Part shown: positions 1-9,652 of the stretch, piece by piece
Layout of the letters: every line of letters begins with the position of its first letter
Position numbering within the stretch: the stretch's first letter is position 1
Assembly (NCBI GenBank): GCA_043761745.1
Contig: JAYUNL010000175.1
Span: forward strand, 13,047-77,046
DNA from: Rhodocyclaceae bacterium
GTDB lineage: Bacteria > Pseudomonadota > Gammaproteobacteria > Burkholderiales > Rhodocyclaceae
Direction of reading: 5' to 3'
Length of the DNA stretch: 64,000 nucleotides
Notes under the pieces: model-generated
Told to the model about the DNA's origin: nothing
The model's database searches: none
What the model saw: the letters and a program-made list of their open reading frames with translations, nothing else
Made by a program: the position numbers and the translations under genes

Positions 1-28
1 AGCGGTTTCGTCTTTATCAAAAATCCAA

Positions 29-1651
29 ATGATGCCACTCGTACAAACTGAAGAATGGCGCGCATTGCTGGCGCATCGCGACCAGCTTGCCCCGCGTCAT
101 CTCAACGATCTTTTCAATGAGGAGCCGCAGCGCTTCGCCCACTGCTCATTAACTTCGGGCGATTTGTTGTTTGATTTTTCCAAGCAGCGCGTCACCGCCG
201 ACACTCTGCGCTTGCTGACCCAGCTCGCCGAAGCACGCGATCTCGCCGGCTTCATGCGACGCATGGCGGCGGGCGAGGCCATCAACCACACCGAACAACG
301 CGCCGCCCTGCACATCGCCCTGCGAGCGGATAAACCCTATGCGGTGGGCGGCGTCGACGTCATGCCGCAAGTGCGCGAGACGCTTGCGCGCATGCGCTCG
401 CTGGTGGAAGCCATTCGTGCCGGCAAAATCCTCGGCGCCAGTGGCAAACCCCTGCGCAAGGTCGTAAATATCGGTATAGGCGGCTCGGATCTCGGCCCGC
501 GCATGGCGGTGCAGGCGCTGGACAATCCCAACCAGCGCCCGGTCGTCGAAGTGCGCTTCGTCGCCAATATCGACCCCGACGAATTCGCCGTCACGGTGCG
601 CGATCTCGATCCGGCCGAGACGCTATTCATCGTCGCATCGAAAACGTTCACGACGCAGGAAACCCTGGCCAACGCGCACGCCGCCAAAGCCTGGCTCGCA
701 GCGGCGCTGGGCGAGGCAAACATCGGTAAACATTTCGTCGCCGTGAGCAACAATGTCGCTGCTGCCGAGACTTTCGGCATCGCCCAAGCGCGCTGCTTTG
801 CCATGCCGGAATGGGTCGGCGGACGTTACTCGCTATGGTCGGCCATCGGCCTGCCGCTCGCTTGCGCCATCGGCATGAATGCCTTCGAGGCATTGCTGGC
901 TGGCGCGCGCGAGATGGATGAACATTTTCTCGCTGCACCCTTTGCCAGAAATCTACCGGTGATGATGGCACTCATAGGCATCTGGAATATTGACTTCCTC
1001 GGTGCGGCCTCGCTGGCGGTACTGCCCTATTCGTATCGCCTCGGCCTCTTGCCTTCCTATCTGCAACAACTCGACATGGAGAGCAACGGCAAGCGCGTCA
1101 CTCGTGAGGGCGAACCCGTCGGCACCATGACCGCGCCCATCCTGTGGGGCTCGGCCGGCACCGTAGGGCAGCACGCCTTTCACCAATTGTTTTACCAGGG
1201 CACGCACATCACGCCCATCGATTTCGTCGTACCCGTCGGCGATGTGCAGCCCGAGCAAGAGGCGCTGGTGGCCAACGCGCTGGCGCAAAGCGCCGCGCTG
1301 ATGAAAGGCAAAACCGCTGTAGAGGCCGAGCAAGCGCTGCTAGCGGCCGGACGAAATACCGCGGAGGCTGCACAACTCGCACCTCACCTCGCTTGCCCCG
1401 GCAATCAGCCCAGCAGCACCCTGCTGCTGCCGCAGCTCACACCCCACGCCCTGGGCCGTCTGCTGGCGCTCTACGAACACAAGGTGGCGGTGCAAGGCTG
1501 CATCTGGAACGTGGATAGCTTCGATCAGTTCGGCGTTGAATACGGCAAACAAATGGCGCGAGAAATTCTGCCCAAGATGCTCAACGGTACAGGCGATTTT
1601 GATGCGTCCACCGCGGGCTTGCTAGCGACGATACGCGCGTGGCGGAAGTAA
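29..1651 (+). CDS. pgi: glucose-6-phosphate isomerase
   Basis: 540-aa ORF with full-length PGI resemblance; carries GIGGSDLGP and DMESNGK motifs. Confidence 0.95.
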   Translation: MMPLVQTEEWRALLAHRDQLAPRHLNDLFNEEPQRFAHCSLTSGDLLFDFSKQRVTADTLRLLTQLAEARDLAGFMRRMAAGEAINHTEQRAALHIALRADKPYAVGGVDVMPQVRETLARMRSLVEAIRAGKILGASGKPLRKVVNIGIGGSDLGPRMAVQALDNPNQRPVVEVRFVANIDPDEFAVTVRDLDPAETLFIVASKTFTTQETLANAHAAKAWLAAALGEANIGKHFVAVSNNVAAAETFGIAQARCFAMPEWVGGRYSLWSAIGLPLACAIGMNAFEALLAGAREMDEHFLAAPFARNLPVMMALIGIWNIDFLGAASLAVLPYSYRLGLLPSYLQQLDMESNGKRVTREGEPVGTMTAPILWGSAGTVGQHAFHQLFYQGTHITPIDFVVPVGDVQPEQEALVANALAQSAALMKGKTAVEAEQALLAAGRNTAEAAQLAPHLACPGNQPSSTLLLPQLTPHALGRLLALYEHKVAVQGCIWNVDSFDQFGVEYGKQMAREILPKMLNGTGDFDASTAGLLATIRAWRK

Positions 1652-1664
1652 GGTTTCAAACCTC

Positions 1665-1757
1665 GTAGGATGGGTGGAGTGCAGCGTAACCCATCGTCGG
1701 AAGTCAAAACAATTGATGGGTGATGGGTTGCGCTGCGCTGCGCTCCACCCATCCTAC
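1665..1757. repeat. REP-like palindromic element (inverted pair of GTAGGATGGGTGGAG...CTCCACCCATCCTAC units)
   Basis: The 15-nt termini are perfect reverse complements. A second copy with the same termini lies at 5759-5838. The element sits between the convergent stops of pgi and orn. Confidence 0.75.
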
Positions 1758-1760
1758 CCG

Positions 1761-2306
1761 CTACAACTTGATAAACGTATCGCGGTAGTAGCGCAGTTCT
1801 TCTATCGATTCATGAATATCGGCCAGCGCTTCGTGCTTGCCTTTTTTCACCACGCCCTTACTCAACTCCGGCTTCCAGCGACGCACCAGTTCCTTCAGCG
1901 TACTGACATCCAGATTGCGGTAGTGAAAATAAGCTTCGAGCTTGGGCATGCCGCGCGCCATGAAGCGGCGATCCTGGCAGATGGAGTTGCCGCACATGGG
2001 GGATGCGCGCTCCGGTACCCAGGCGCGCATGAAATCCAGCAGGTGAGCTTCGACGTCCGTTTCACTAAGCGTCGAGATGCGCACCCGTTCGATGAGGCCG
2101 GAACGTCCGTGGGCGTTCTTGTTCCACTGGTCCATGGCATCGAGCACTGCGGCGCTTTGATGCACGGCATAGGTGGGCGATTCGGCCAGCGAATTGAGCG
2201 CGCTGTCCGTCACCACCATGGCGACTTCGATGATGCGTTCCTTATCCGGGTCCAGCCCGGTCATTTCCATGTCCAGCCAGACTAGGTTGTTAGCGTCCTG
2301 TGCCAT
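1761..2306 (-). CDS. orn: oligoribonuclease
   Basis: 181 aa; DEDDh exonuclease N-terminus [13 protein letters not shown]; length and C-terminus typical of Orn. Confidence 0.93.
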   Translation of the reverse strand: MAQDANNLVWLDMEMTGLDPDKERIIEVAMVVTDSALNSLAESPTYAVHQSAAVLDAMDQWNKNAHGRSGLIERVRISTLSETDVEAHLLDFMRAWVPERASPMCGNSICQDRRFMARGMPKLEAYFHYRNLDVSTLKELVRRWKPELSKGVVKKGKHEALADIHESIEELRYYRDTFIKL

Positions 2307-2374
2307 AATCGCTCGCGAAACAATAAAGCCGCGATTCTGTCATAGATTCATTCGACCACGTATCCAAACTCCAT

Positions 2375-3631
2375 ATGACCAGCAGCACTTTCACCTATTT
2401 ATTTCTCGCCGCCCTTTGTATCACTACCGTCTTGCGACTCTGGCTGGCGAGTCGCCATCTGCGGCACATCCGCGCGCATCGCGCCGCAGTGCCGGCGGCA
2501 TTCAGCGCTAACATCACCGCCGAAGAACATCAACGCGCCGCCGACTACAGCGTCGCCAAGCTGCGCGTCGCCCAATTGGACGTCATAGTCGGCGCCGGCT
2601 TTCTCTTGCTCCTGACGCTGGGCGGCGTGTTGCAAGCGCTCTTTGATGTCTTGGCCACGGTGTTCAGCGTCGGCGGCTATGCGCACGGCATCGCCTTCAT
2701 CGCCAGCCTTGGTGTGCTGAGCTTTCTGGTCGATCTACCCTTCTCGCTTTATCGCACTTTCGTCATCGAAGAGCGTTTCGGCTTCAACAAAATGACGTGG
2801 AGGCTGTGGCTCATCGATCTCGTCAAGGAGACGTTCCTGGGCGCAGCGATCGGATTGCCCTTGCTGTTCGCTGTGCTATGGCTGATGGCAAAAATGGGCG
2901 CGCACTGGTGGCTCTATGTGTGGCTGCTGTGGATGGGCTTCAACCTGCTTGCCATGCTGATCTACCCAACCTGGATCGCGCCGCTGTTCAACAAATTTAC
3001 GCCGCTCGCCGACGCGGCCATGAAGGCGCGCATCGAAGCGCTGCTGGCACGCTGCGGCTTCCGCACCAGTGGTCTGTTTGTGATGGACGGCTCCAAGCGC
3101 AGCGGCCATGGCAACGCCTACTTCACGGGTTTCGGCGCGGCCAAGCGCATTGTGTTTTTCGACACGCTGTTGGAAAAGCTCGCGCCGCAAGAGATCGAAG
3201 CAGTGCTGGCCCACGAACTCGGCCACTACAAACACAAACACGTCTGGAAGCGCGTCGGCGTCATCGCCGTGGTGAGCCTCGGATTTCTCTGGCTGCTCGG
3301 CGTGCTGATCGCCGAGCCGTGGTTCTATCAAGGTTTGGGTGTGACCGGACAAAGCACGGCGGTAGCGCTGGTGCTCTTTGCCATGGTCGCACCGCTATTC
3401 ACCTTCCCGCTCTCGCCGCTGATGAGTGCCCTCTCGCGCCGCCACGAGTACGAGGCCGACGCCTATGCCGCAAAGCAGACGCAGGCTGGCGATCTGGTTG
3501 CTGCGCTGGTGAAGCTCTATCGCGACAACGCCGCCACGCTGACACCCGATCCGCTTTACTCCAAATTCTATGACTCTCATCCGCCGGCAGCGTCGCGCAT
3601 CGCGCAATTGCGCGGCCTGGCGAGGGCTTGA
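2375..3631 (+). CDS. M48 family zinc metallopeptidase (Ste24/HtpX-like), membrane protein
   Basis: 418 aa; several hydrophobic segments followed by the HELGH zinc motif (AHELGHYKH). Confidence 0.85.
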   Translation: MTSSTFTYLFLAALCITTVLRLWLASRHLRHIRAHRAAVPAAFSANITAEEHQRAADYSVAKLRVAQLDVIVGAGFLLLLTLGGVLQALFDVLATVFSVGGYAHGIAFIASLGVLSFLVDLPFSLYRTFVIEERFGFNKMTWRLWLIDLVKETFLGAAIGLPLLFAVLWLMAKMGAHWWLYVWLLWMGFNLLAMLIYPTWIAPLFNKFTPLADAAMKARIEALLARCGFRTSGLFVMDGSKRSGHGNAYFTGFGAAKRIVFFDTLLEKLAPQEIEAVLAHELGHYKHKHVWKRVGVIAVVSLGFLWLLGVLIAEPWFYQGLGVTGQSTAVALVLFAMVAPLFTFPLSPLMSALSRRHEYEADAYAAKQTQAGDLVAALVKLYRDNAATLTPDPLYSKFYDSHPPAASRIAQLRGLARA

Positions 3632-3641
3632 GGAGAACGCT

Positions 3642-4001
3642 ATGGGCATCGATATCTCGCTATTTCGCACTGCTACAAAGCTCGCAGAGGCAAGCTGCAA
3701 GCCACTCTCTGGGCCATCGAATCGGCTGGGTGAGGGCGATGTCGCGGCACTCCTGGCCTTGTTGCCAGGTTGGCTTACTGAGGATGGCGGCATCGCCAAA
3801 CCATTCCGCTTCGCTGATTACGCCGCGACGCTGACGTTCGTCCATGCCGTCGCCGACATCGCGGTGCGTGAAGATCATCATCCCGACATCAGCTTCGGCT
3901 ACAACAAGGCTCGCGTTTATTTCGCCACGCACGACGTCGGCGGACTTTCACTGAACGATTTCATTTGCGCGGCGAAGGTCGACGCGCTGGCGGGCCATTG
4001 A
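3642..4001 (+). CDS. 4a-hydroxytetrahydrobiopterin (pterin-4a-carbinolamine) dehydratase
   Basis: About 119 aa from the ATG at 3642, preceded by AGGAGA at 3631-3636. Has the HHPD motif (REDHHPDISFGYNKARVYFATH). The track start at 3570 overlaps the M48 gene and is less likely. Confidence 0.85.
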   Translation: MGIDISLFRTATKLAEASCKPLSGPSNRLGEGDVAALLALLPGWLTEDGGIAKPFRFADYAATLTFVHAVADIAVREDHHPDISFGYNKARVYFATHDVGGLSLNDFICAAKVDALAGH

Positions 4002-4888
4002 GTAAAGCGCCGGCAGACAAGGCAGCGCAAGGCACCGTCGTTGCCGCCTTCGGCCGGCAGTACGAGGTTGAATTGGATGGCGGTGCAACGGCACTCTGCT
4101 ATCCGCGCGGCAAGAAAAGCCTGGTCGCTTGTGGTGATCGCGTCACCGTCGAACTCAGCTCACCCGATCAAGGCGTCATCAGCGCGATTAATCCACGCGG
4201 ATCGCTACTCTACCGCAGCGACGCCTTCCGCCAGAAACTCTTCGCCGCCAACGCCACGCAGGCTATCGTCGTCGTCGCCGCCGAGCCGGGCTTCAGCGAC
4301 GAACTGGTCACCCGCTGCATCGTCGCCGCCGAGCAGCAGCACCTGCGCGTCGTCATCGTGCTGAACAAGATCGACCTCGCCGACAAAGCCGTCACCGCTC
4401 GCGCCCAGCTCGCGCCTTTCGGCGAACTCGGCTACACGCTGGTGGAACTCTGCGCCCACCAGGACGCGGACACCCTGCGCCCCATCCTCGCCGGCCAGAC
4501 CAGCGTGCTGGTCGGGCAAAGTGGCATGGGCAAATCCACCCTCATCAACGCCCTGCTGCCCGAAGCCAAAGCCGCCACGCGCGAAATCTCCGCCGCACTC
4601 GACTCCGGCAAACACACCACCACCCACACCCGCCTATATAGACTCGACGCCACCAGCGCCCTCATCGACAGCCCCGGCATGCAGGAATTCGGTCTATCGC
4701 ACCTCACCCGAGCCGAGATCGAACAAGGCTTCGCCGAATTCCAACCCTATCTCGATAAATGCCGCTTCCGCGATTGCAAACACGATCGCGAACCCGACTG
4801 CGCCCTGCGCGCGGCGCTCGCGGCGGGAAAGATCAGCACGAAAAGGCTGACGCTGTTTCATGCCATCTGTGCGTCGATAGGGAAGTAG
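3998..4888 (+). CDS. rsgA: ribosome small-subunit-dependent GTPase A
   Basis: Circularly permuted GTPase order: NKIDL (G4) precedes GQSGMGKST (G1). C-terminal Cys/His cluster CRFRDCKHDREPDC. The start is uncertain: TTG at 3998 overlaps the upstream stop, and the ATG at 3965 is the alternative. Confidence 0.9.
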   Translation: MSKAPADKAAQGTVVAAFGRQYEVELDGGATALCYPRGKKSLVACGDRVTVELSSPDQGVISAINPRGSLLYRSDAFRQKLFAANATQAIVVVAAEPGFSDELVTRCIVAAEQQHLRVVIVLNKIDLADKAVTARAQLAPFGELGYTLVELCAHQDADTLRPILAGQTSVLVGQSGMGKSTLINALLPEAKAATREISAALDSGKHTTTHTRLYRLDATSALIDSPGMQEFGLSHLTRAEIEQGFAEFQPYLDKCRFRDCKHDREPDCALRAALAAGKISTKRLTLFHAICASIGK

Positions 4889-5036
4889 TCGGCCCCTCGT
4901 GCGTGCGCGCCTACTTGTCGAGAACAGCTGCCCGGAAAGGTAAGCTGGACGCGGTTTTCCAGCCATCGACTGCTATTGGCGGCCCTAAGCAATCTCATCG
5001 CCGGTGTATTTACGCCATCCGTTTACGCCACCCGTA

Positions 5037-5065
5037 TTGACAATCGTATAGCCACGCTATACATT
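5037..5065 (+). promoter_or_regulatory. putative higBA promoter with overlapping palindromic operator
   Basis: TTGACA at 5037-5042, then 17 nt, then TACATT at 5060-5065. The perfect palindrome TATAGC-CAC-GCTATA (5047-5061) lies in the spacer, just upstream of the GTG start at 5072. Confidence 0.4.
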
Positions 5066-5071
5066 CGCATC

Positions 5072-5350
5072 GTGATCAAATCGTTCCAGCACAAGGGCCT
5101 CGATGCTTTTTTCCACACCGGAAGCAAGGCAGGCATCCAGCCAGCACATGCGAAACGTCTGCGCTTGCAGTTGGCGGCGCTGGATGGCGCCATTGGCCCA
5201 CAAGGCATGAGTTTGCCGGGCTGGAAGCTGCACCAACTGGCTGGCAATCTTGCCGGCCATTGGGCCGTCACCGTGAACGGCAACTGGCGACTGACGTTCC
5301 GCTTCGACGGTCGGGAGGCCATATTGGTAAACTATCAGGACTACCACTAG
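5072..5350 (+). CDS. higB: type II toxin HigB (RelE/ParE superfamily, 'plasmid maintenance system killer')
   Basis: 92 aa from the GTG at 5072. IKSFQHKGLDAFFHTGSKAGIQP...WAVTVNGNWRLTFRFDG is typical of HigB-type toxins. It is followed 9 nt later by a HigA gene. Confidence 0.8.
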   Translation: MIKSFQHKGLDAFFHTGSKAGIQPAHAKRLRLQLAALDGAIGPQGMSLPGWKLHQLAGNLAGHWAVTVNGNWRLTFRFDGREAILVNYQDYH

Positions 5351-5359
5351 GATGAAGAC

Positions 5360-5659
5360 ATGACCCGCATGCACAACCCACCCCACCCTGGGGAAGTATT
5401 GAAGGACGGCGTATTCACCGATGGCAGTGTTTCCATCACCGAGGCCGCTGCGGCGTTGGGCGTTACGCGTGTCGCCCTTTCCCGCGTGCTGAACAGCAAA
5501 GCCGGCGTGAGCGCAGAAATGGCCGTACGCCTAGGCAAGTGGCTAGGCACCGGCCCGGAAACATGGATTTCCATGCAGGCCCAGTACGACCTAAGGAAAG
5601 CCGAGCAGGCGCTGAAGGATCAGGTAGCGAAGATTCGGCAATTGAAGCTTGCGGCGTAA
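5360..5659 (+). CDS. higA: HigA family antitoxin (XRE-type HTH)
   Basis: 99 aa; HPGEVLKD N-terminus and HTH segment ITEAAAALGVTRVALSRVLN, typical of HigA antidote proteins. Confidence 0.85.
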   Translation: MTRMHNPPHPGEVLKDGVFTDGSVSITEAAAALGVTRVALSRVLNSKAGVSAEMAVRLGKWLGTGPETWISMQAQYDLRKAEQALKDQVAKIRQLKLAA

Positions 5660-5730
5660 CAAGACGCCACCCTGCCAAATCAATTCACCCTGGCCCGCTA
5701 TTCGCGCAGGACCCAAGAAGAAATCAATGT

Positions 5731-5753
5731 TTGAATCCGCGTTGCGGATTCAA
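5731..5753 (+). terminator. perfect 10-bp stem hairpin downstream of higA
   Basis: TTGAATCCGC-gtt-GCGGATTCAA followed by GTTTCGT; the T-run is weak. Confidence 0.4.
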
Positions 5754-5758
5754 GTTTC

Positions 5759-5838
5759 GTAGGATGGGTGGAGGCGCATTGCGCCGTAACCCATCACAAG
5801 CTGGGACGTTGGGTTGCGCTTTGCTCCACCCATCCTAC
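5759..5838. repeat. REP-like palindromic element, second copy
   Basis: Same GTAGGATGGGTGGAG / CTCCACCCATCCTAC termini as 1665-1757. The right arm reaches the stop codon of the minus-strand MFS gene. Confidence 0.75.
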
Positions 5839-7241
5839 TTTGCTTCCCCCAACACCCTCCGCCGCCGCCATTGCAGCGCACGAACTAACCGTCCGTGGCG
5901 TTTCGCGTCGAGCGGGTAAAAGAGGATGGTCACCGTCGCGAGGACCGCGAAGAGCGCGGGCACTGCGAGCATCACGATCTTGAGGCTTGCGAGCGTCTCG
6001 GGCGTCTGTGCGACGTTGGCGGTGTAGCCGATCAGGCTTAGCACCTCGCCGAGCAGACCGGCGGCCAGCCCCAACGACGCCTTTTGCACGAACGAGACGA
6101 AGCCGAACACCGCACCTTCTGCGCGCACGCCGGTCCGCCACTCACCGAACTCGACGGTGTCCGGCATCATCGCCCAGGTGGACAAGAAGATCGCCCCGCT
6201 GCCAATGCCGAGCAGGCCGACAAAGGGCAACCAGAAGCGGTGATCGAGTGGCCCGAACCAAAGGGCCAGGTAAGCCGTGAGCGCGAGCGCCGTGCCTATG
6301 AGATAAACCGTGCGTTTGGAAGTGCGCTTGGTCACCTGCGCCCAAATTGGAATCGTGAAGGTGATGGACATCGCATAAATGCCCAACGCCGGCCCCATCA
6401 ACTTCTCTTGCCCCAAGCCGTACTTCATAAAATAGGGCAGGCACTTGTTGAAGAACACCGTCGCGACCGAGAACAGTAAGAAAGCGCCGCAGGCCAGCCA
6501 GAAAGCGCTGTTGCTGCGGAGCATGACGATCATTTGTTTAAACGAGGGGCGCACCTTAAGTGCATCGCCGCTCACCACTTCGCGCGCCACAGCAAAGGTG
6601 CAGAGGATGGACAGCGCTGCGCCGGCGCCATAGACGAGCGCCACCTTGAAGAACCCCACCTGCCCGCCGCCGAAAACCTCCACCAGCTTCAGCATTCCAA
6701 ACGCCACCACCATGCCCGCCGCCGCCTGCAGCACCAGGCGGAAAGCGGCCAGCGTACTGCGCTCGGCGCTGTCCTCGGTCATCGCCGCTGAAAGTGCCAG
6801 GTAGGGCATGTAAGCGACCGTATAGACGGTGCGGAAGACGAGGTGCACGCCTAGCGCATAGACGACAAGCGCGGTGCCCGTGAGCGTCGTCGGCAGGAAG
6901 ATCAGTGCCCAGGCCAGCCCCAGGGGAATTGCTCCCCACAACAGATAGGGCCGGTAGCGCCCCCAGCGGCTGTTGGTCCGATTGGCGATGGCACCCATCA
7001 TAGGGTCGATCAGCGCGTCCCAGACGACGGCTGCGCCGAATACCCAGCCCGCCGTGGCGGGCGACAGTCCCAGCACGTCCGTGTAGTAGTAGAGGAGAAA
7101 CTGGCTGGCGGCGAGGAACAGCAGGCCAAAGCCGAAATCGCCGACGCCGTAACCGAGTTTGCGTCTTACAGGGAGGCGTCCCGCGGCGGGCGCGGGCGCG
7201 CTCAAATTGGAAGCAGTGGCGGGAGCGGCAGGTGTTGCCAT
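5835..7241 (-). CDS. MFS transporter, glycoside-pentoside-hexuronide (GPH)-like symporter
   Basis: 468 aa, about 12 hydrophobic segments; N-terminal KLGYGVGDFGFGLLF is typical of MelB/GPH-type carriers. Confidence 0.75.
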   Translation of the reverse strand: MATPAAPATASNLSAPAPAAGRLPVRRKLGYGVGDFGFGLLFLAASQFLLYYYTDVLGLSPATAGWVFGAAVVWDALIDPMMGAIANRTNSRWGRYRPYLLWGAIPLGLAWALIFLPTTLTGTALVVYALGVHLVFRTVYTVAYMPYLALSAAMTEDSAERSTLAAFRLVLQAAAGMVVAFGMLKLVEVFGGGQVGFFKVALVYGAGAALSILCTFAVAREVVSGDALKVRPSFKQMIVMLRSNSAFWLACGAFLLFSVATVFFNKCLPYFMKYGLGQEKLMGPALGIYAMSITFTIPIWAQVTKRTSKRTVYLIGTALALTAYLALWFGPLDHRFWLPFVGLLGIGSGAIFLSTWAMMPDTVEFGEWRTGVRAEGAVFGFVSFVQKASLGLAAGLLGEVLSLIGYTANVAQTPETLASLKIVMLAVPALFAVLATVTILFYPLDAKRHGRLVRALQWRRRRVLGEAK

Positions 7242-7348
7242 CAGTTTCTCCGGGCAGATCAGGGAAGGTTAAAAGGTTTAACGAAAGAAGTTTAAGGGCC
7301 AATCACAAATTCTTTTTGTGGATCGGCTTGCCAGCCGAGCATAACAAT

Positions 7349-7377
7349 AAATAGCCCGCCATTCGGCGGGCTATTTA
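7349..7377 (-). terminator. intrinsic terminator downstream of the thiolase gene
   Basis: AAATAGCCCGCC-attc-GGCGGGCTATTT with A/T-rich flanks on both sides. Confidence 0.7.
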
Positions 7378-7395
7378 TTTGCGACGCGCTTGCGC

Positions 7396-8583
7396 TTACA
7401 GCCGCTCAAATACCCCCGCGATACCCTGACCGCCACCGATACACATGGTGACAAGGCCATAGCGCTTGTTGGTGCGCATCAATTCGTACAAACACTTCAC
7501 AGTGAGGATGGCGCCGGTAGCGCCGATGGGGTGGCCTAAGGCGACCGCCCCGCCGTTGGGGTTGACCCTGGCGGGATCGAATTCCAGCCCCTTGCTGACG
7601 CAGAGCGACTGCGCGGCGAAGGCCTCGTTGGATTCGATCACATCCATGTCGCCCACCTTGAGTCCGGCGCGCGCCAACGCAATTTTCACGGCGGGGATGG
7701 GGCCTTCGCCCATGTAGGCGGGATCCACACCGGCGATGCCGTAAGACACCAGTCGCGCCAACGGCTTCAGGCCGGCCTTCTCGGCGGCCTTGGCTTCCAT
7801 CAGCACCACGGCGGCGGCGCCGTCGTTAATGCCAGAGGCATTACCGGCAGTGACCGAGCCGTCTTTCTTGAAAGCCGGCTTGAGTTTGGCCAGGCTTTCC
7901 ATGGTGGTGTCGCCCTTGGGATATTCGTCGGTATCGAATATCACCGTGCCTTTGCGGCTTTGTAGTTCGATGGGCAGTATCTGCGACTTGAAATGGCCGG
8001 CGGCGATAGCCGCGACGGCTTTTTTCTGACTGTCTACGGAGAACTGGTCTTGCTGTTCGCGCGTGAAGCCCCATTTGGCGGCGATGTTCTCCGCCGTGAT
8101 GCCCATATGCATAGTCTCGAAAGGATCGGTCAATGCGCCCACCATCATGTCGATCATTTTGGTGTCGCCCATGCGCGCGCCCCAACGGGCGGCCGGCATC
8201 AGATAGCCGCCACGGCTCATGGATTCGGCGCCGGCGCCGACGGCGATATCGGTATCGCCCAAGAGGATCATTTGCGCGGCGGAGACGATGGCCTGGAAGC
8301 CCGAGCCGCACAGACGATTCACCGTCAGCGCGCCAGAGCCGTGCGCCATGCCGGCATTGATGGCGGCGACGCGCGAAATGTACAGGTCGCGTGCTTCGCC
8401 GTGGATGACGTTGCCCAGCACCAGTTGGCCGACCTGCGCCGGATCCACCTTGGCGCGAGCGATGGCTTCCTTGATGACACGCGCCGCCAACTCGCTGGGC
8501 GCAATATCCTTGAGCGAACCATTGAAACTGCCTATCGGCGCGCGCACGCCGCTGACGACCACCACTTCTCTATTTGTACTCAT
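7396..8583 (-). CDS. acetyl-CoA C-acetyltransferase (thiolase II)
   Basis: 395 aa; active-site VNRLCGSG and C-terminal CIGGGQG motifs. Confidence 0.95.
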   Translation of the reverse strand: MSTNREVVVVSGVRAPIGSFNGSLKDIAPSELAARVIKEAIARAKVDPAQVGQLVLGNVIHGEARDLYISRVAAINAGMAHGSGALTVNRLCGSGFQAIVSAAQMILLGDTDIAVGAGAESMSRGGYLMPAARWGARMGDTKMIDMMVGALTDPFETMHMGITAENIAAKWGFTREQQDQFSVDSQKKAVAAIAAGHFKSQILPIELQSRKGTVIFDTDEYPKGDTTMESLAKLKPAFKKDGSVTAGNASGINDGAAAVVLMEAKAAEKAGLKPLARLVSYGIAGVDPAYMGEGPIPAVKIALARAGLKVGDMDVIESNEAFAAQSLCVSKGLEFDPARVNPNGGAVALGHPIGATGAILTVKCLYELMRTNKRYGLVTMCIGGGQGIAGVFERL

Positions 8584-8608
8584 CTTCGTTCCTTCCAGTC
8601 ATTCAAAA

Positions 8609-9559
8609 TCAGCCGCCGACCCAACTGGCGATGCTCAACAGGGCCAACAGTAAAAGGCAGAGCAATAACGTGCGCCAGACGAGGCCGATTCCGCTCTGCA
8701 TGAAATCGGCGTCGGCTTCTTCACCCAATCCGAGTTCGGGCCGGTCGGTGACCTCGCCCAATTCCATCACCGGCATGCCCAGCTTCACGCCAAGCGCACC
8801 TGCGCCACTGGCCAAGAGTATACCCGCCCCGACGCCGCCCGCCTCGACCGGCCAGCGCATCGCCTGAGTGCGCCAGCAATAAATGGCGTCCTCGAAATCG
8901 CCGACGATGGCGAAGGCGGTGGCGGTGATGCGCAAGGGCAGCCAGTCGATGACGTAAAAAGCCTGGGCGGCAAAGCGGCCAAAGGCGCCGACTTCGGTGT
9001 CGCCCGCGGCGGCGCGCGCAGCGCCCCATCGTCGCGCAAAGAAATCCGCCAGGCGATAGAGCAAGGCGCCGGCCGGACCTATGGGCAGCACGAAGCAGAG
9101 CATCACGGCGAAGACGTGACGATGCGAAGCGACGATGGCTTCTTCGATGGCCAGGCGCGCGATCTCGCCGCTGTTAAGGCCATCGGCCGAACGGCCGCGC
9201 CATTCGCCCAACAGGGCGCGCGCGCGATCAATCTCGCCCATGCGCAGCGCCAAATGAATGTCGGTGTAGTAGTGGCTGAACTGGCGGAAGCCCATGGTGA
9301 GATACAGCACACCCACATTGAGTAGCAAGGCCAGCGCCACATTGACGTAGAGCAGCAGGGTGTAGAGCGCCGCACATAACACCACCGGCAACAACACGGC
9401 GAGCAACCAGGCGACCGCGCCGTGACGTTCCTGGCCGTCGTTGAAATGCCGCTCGAAGAATTGTGCATAACGTAGCAACGGGCCGCTGACGATTTTGCGC
9501 TCCGCAAGCGGATGCAACTGCTCAAGCAGCAGCGCAACAATCAGGGAGAGGATGGTCAT
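8609..9559 (-). CDS. CobD/CbiB family (AmpE-like) membrane protein
   Basis: 316 aa, polytopic; overall resemblance to CobD/CbiB-family proteins. No cobalamin genes are nearby, so the function is unclear. Confidence 0.65.
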   Translation of the reverse strand: MTILSLIVALLLEQLHPLAERKIVSGPLLRYAQFFERHFNDGQERHGAVAWLLAVLLPVVLCAALYTLLLYVNVALALLLNVGVLYLTMGFRQFSHYYTDIHLALRMGEIDRARALLGEWRGRSADGLNSGEIARLAIEEAIVASHRHVFAVMLCFVLPIGPAGALLYRLADFFARRWGAARAAAGDTEVGAFGRFAAQAFYVIDWLPLRITATAFAIVGDFEDAIYCWRTQAMRWPVEAGGVGAGILLASGAGALGVKLGMPVMELGEVTDRPELGLGEEADADFMQSGIGLVWRTLLLCLLLLALLSIASWVGG

Positions 9560-9652
9560 GCGAAGCGAGGCAGCAAAAAACCGATGCTTATTCTGAAGTT
9601 CTGAAGGTTTGAAGATACCACATCGCCCTTGGGCGCGTCTTGACCCAACCGC

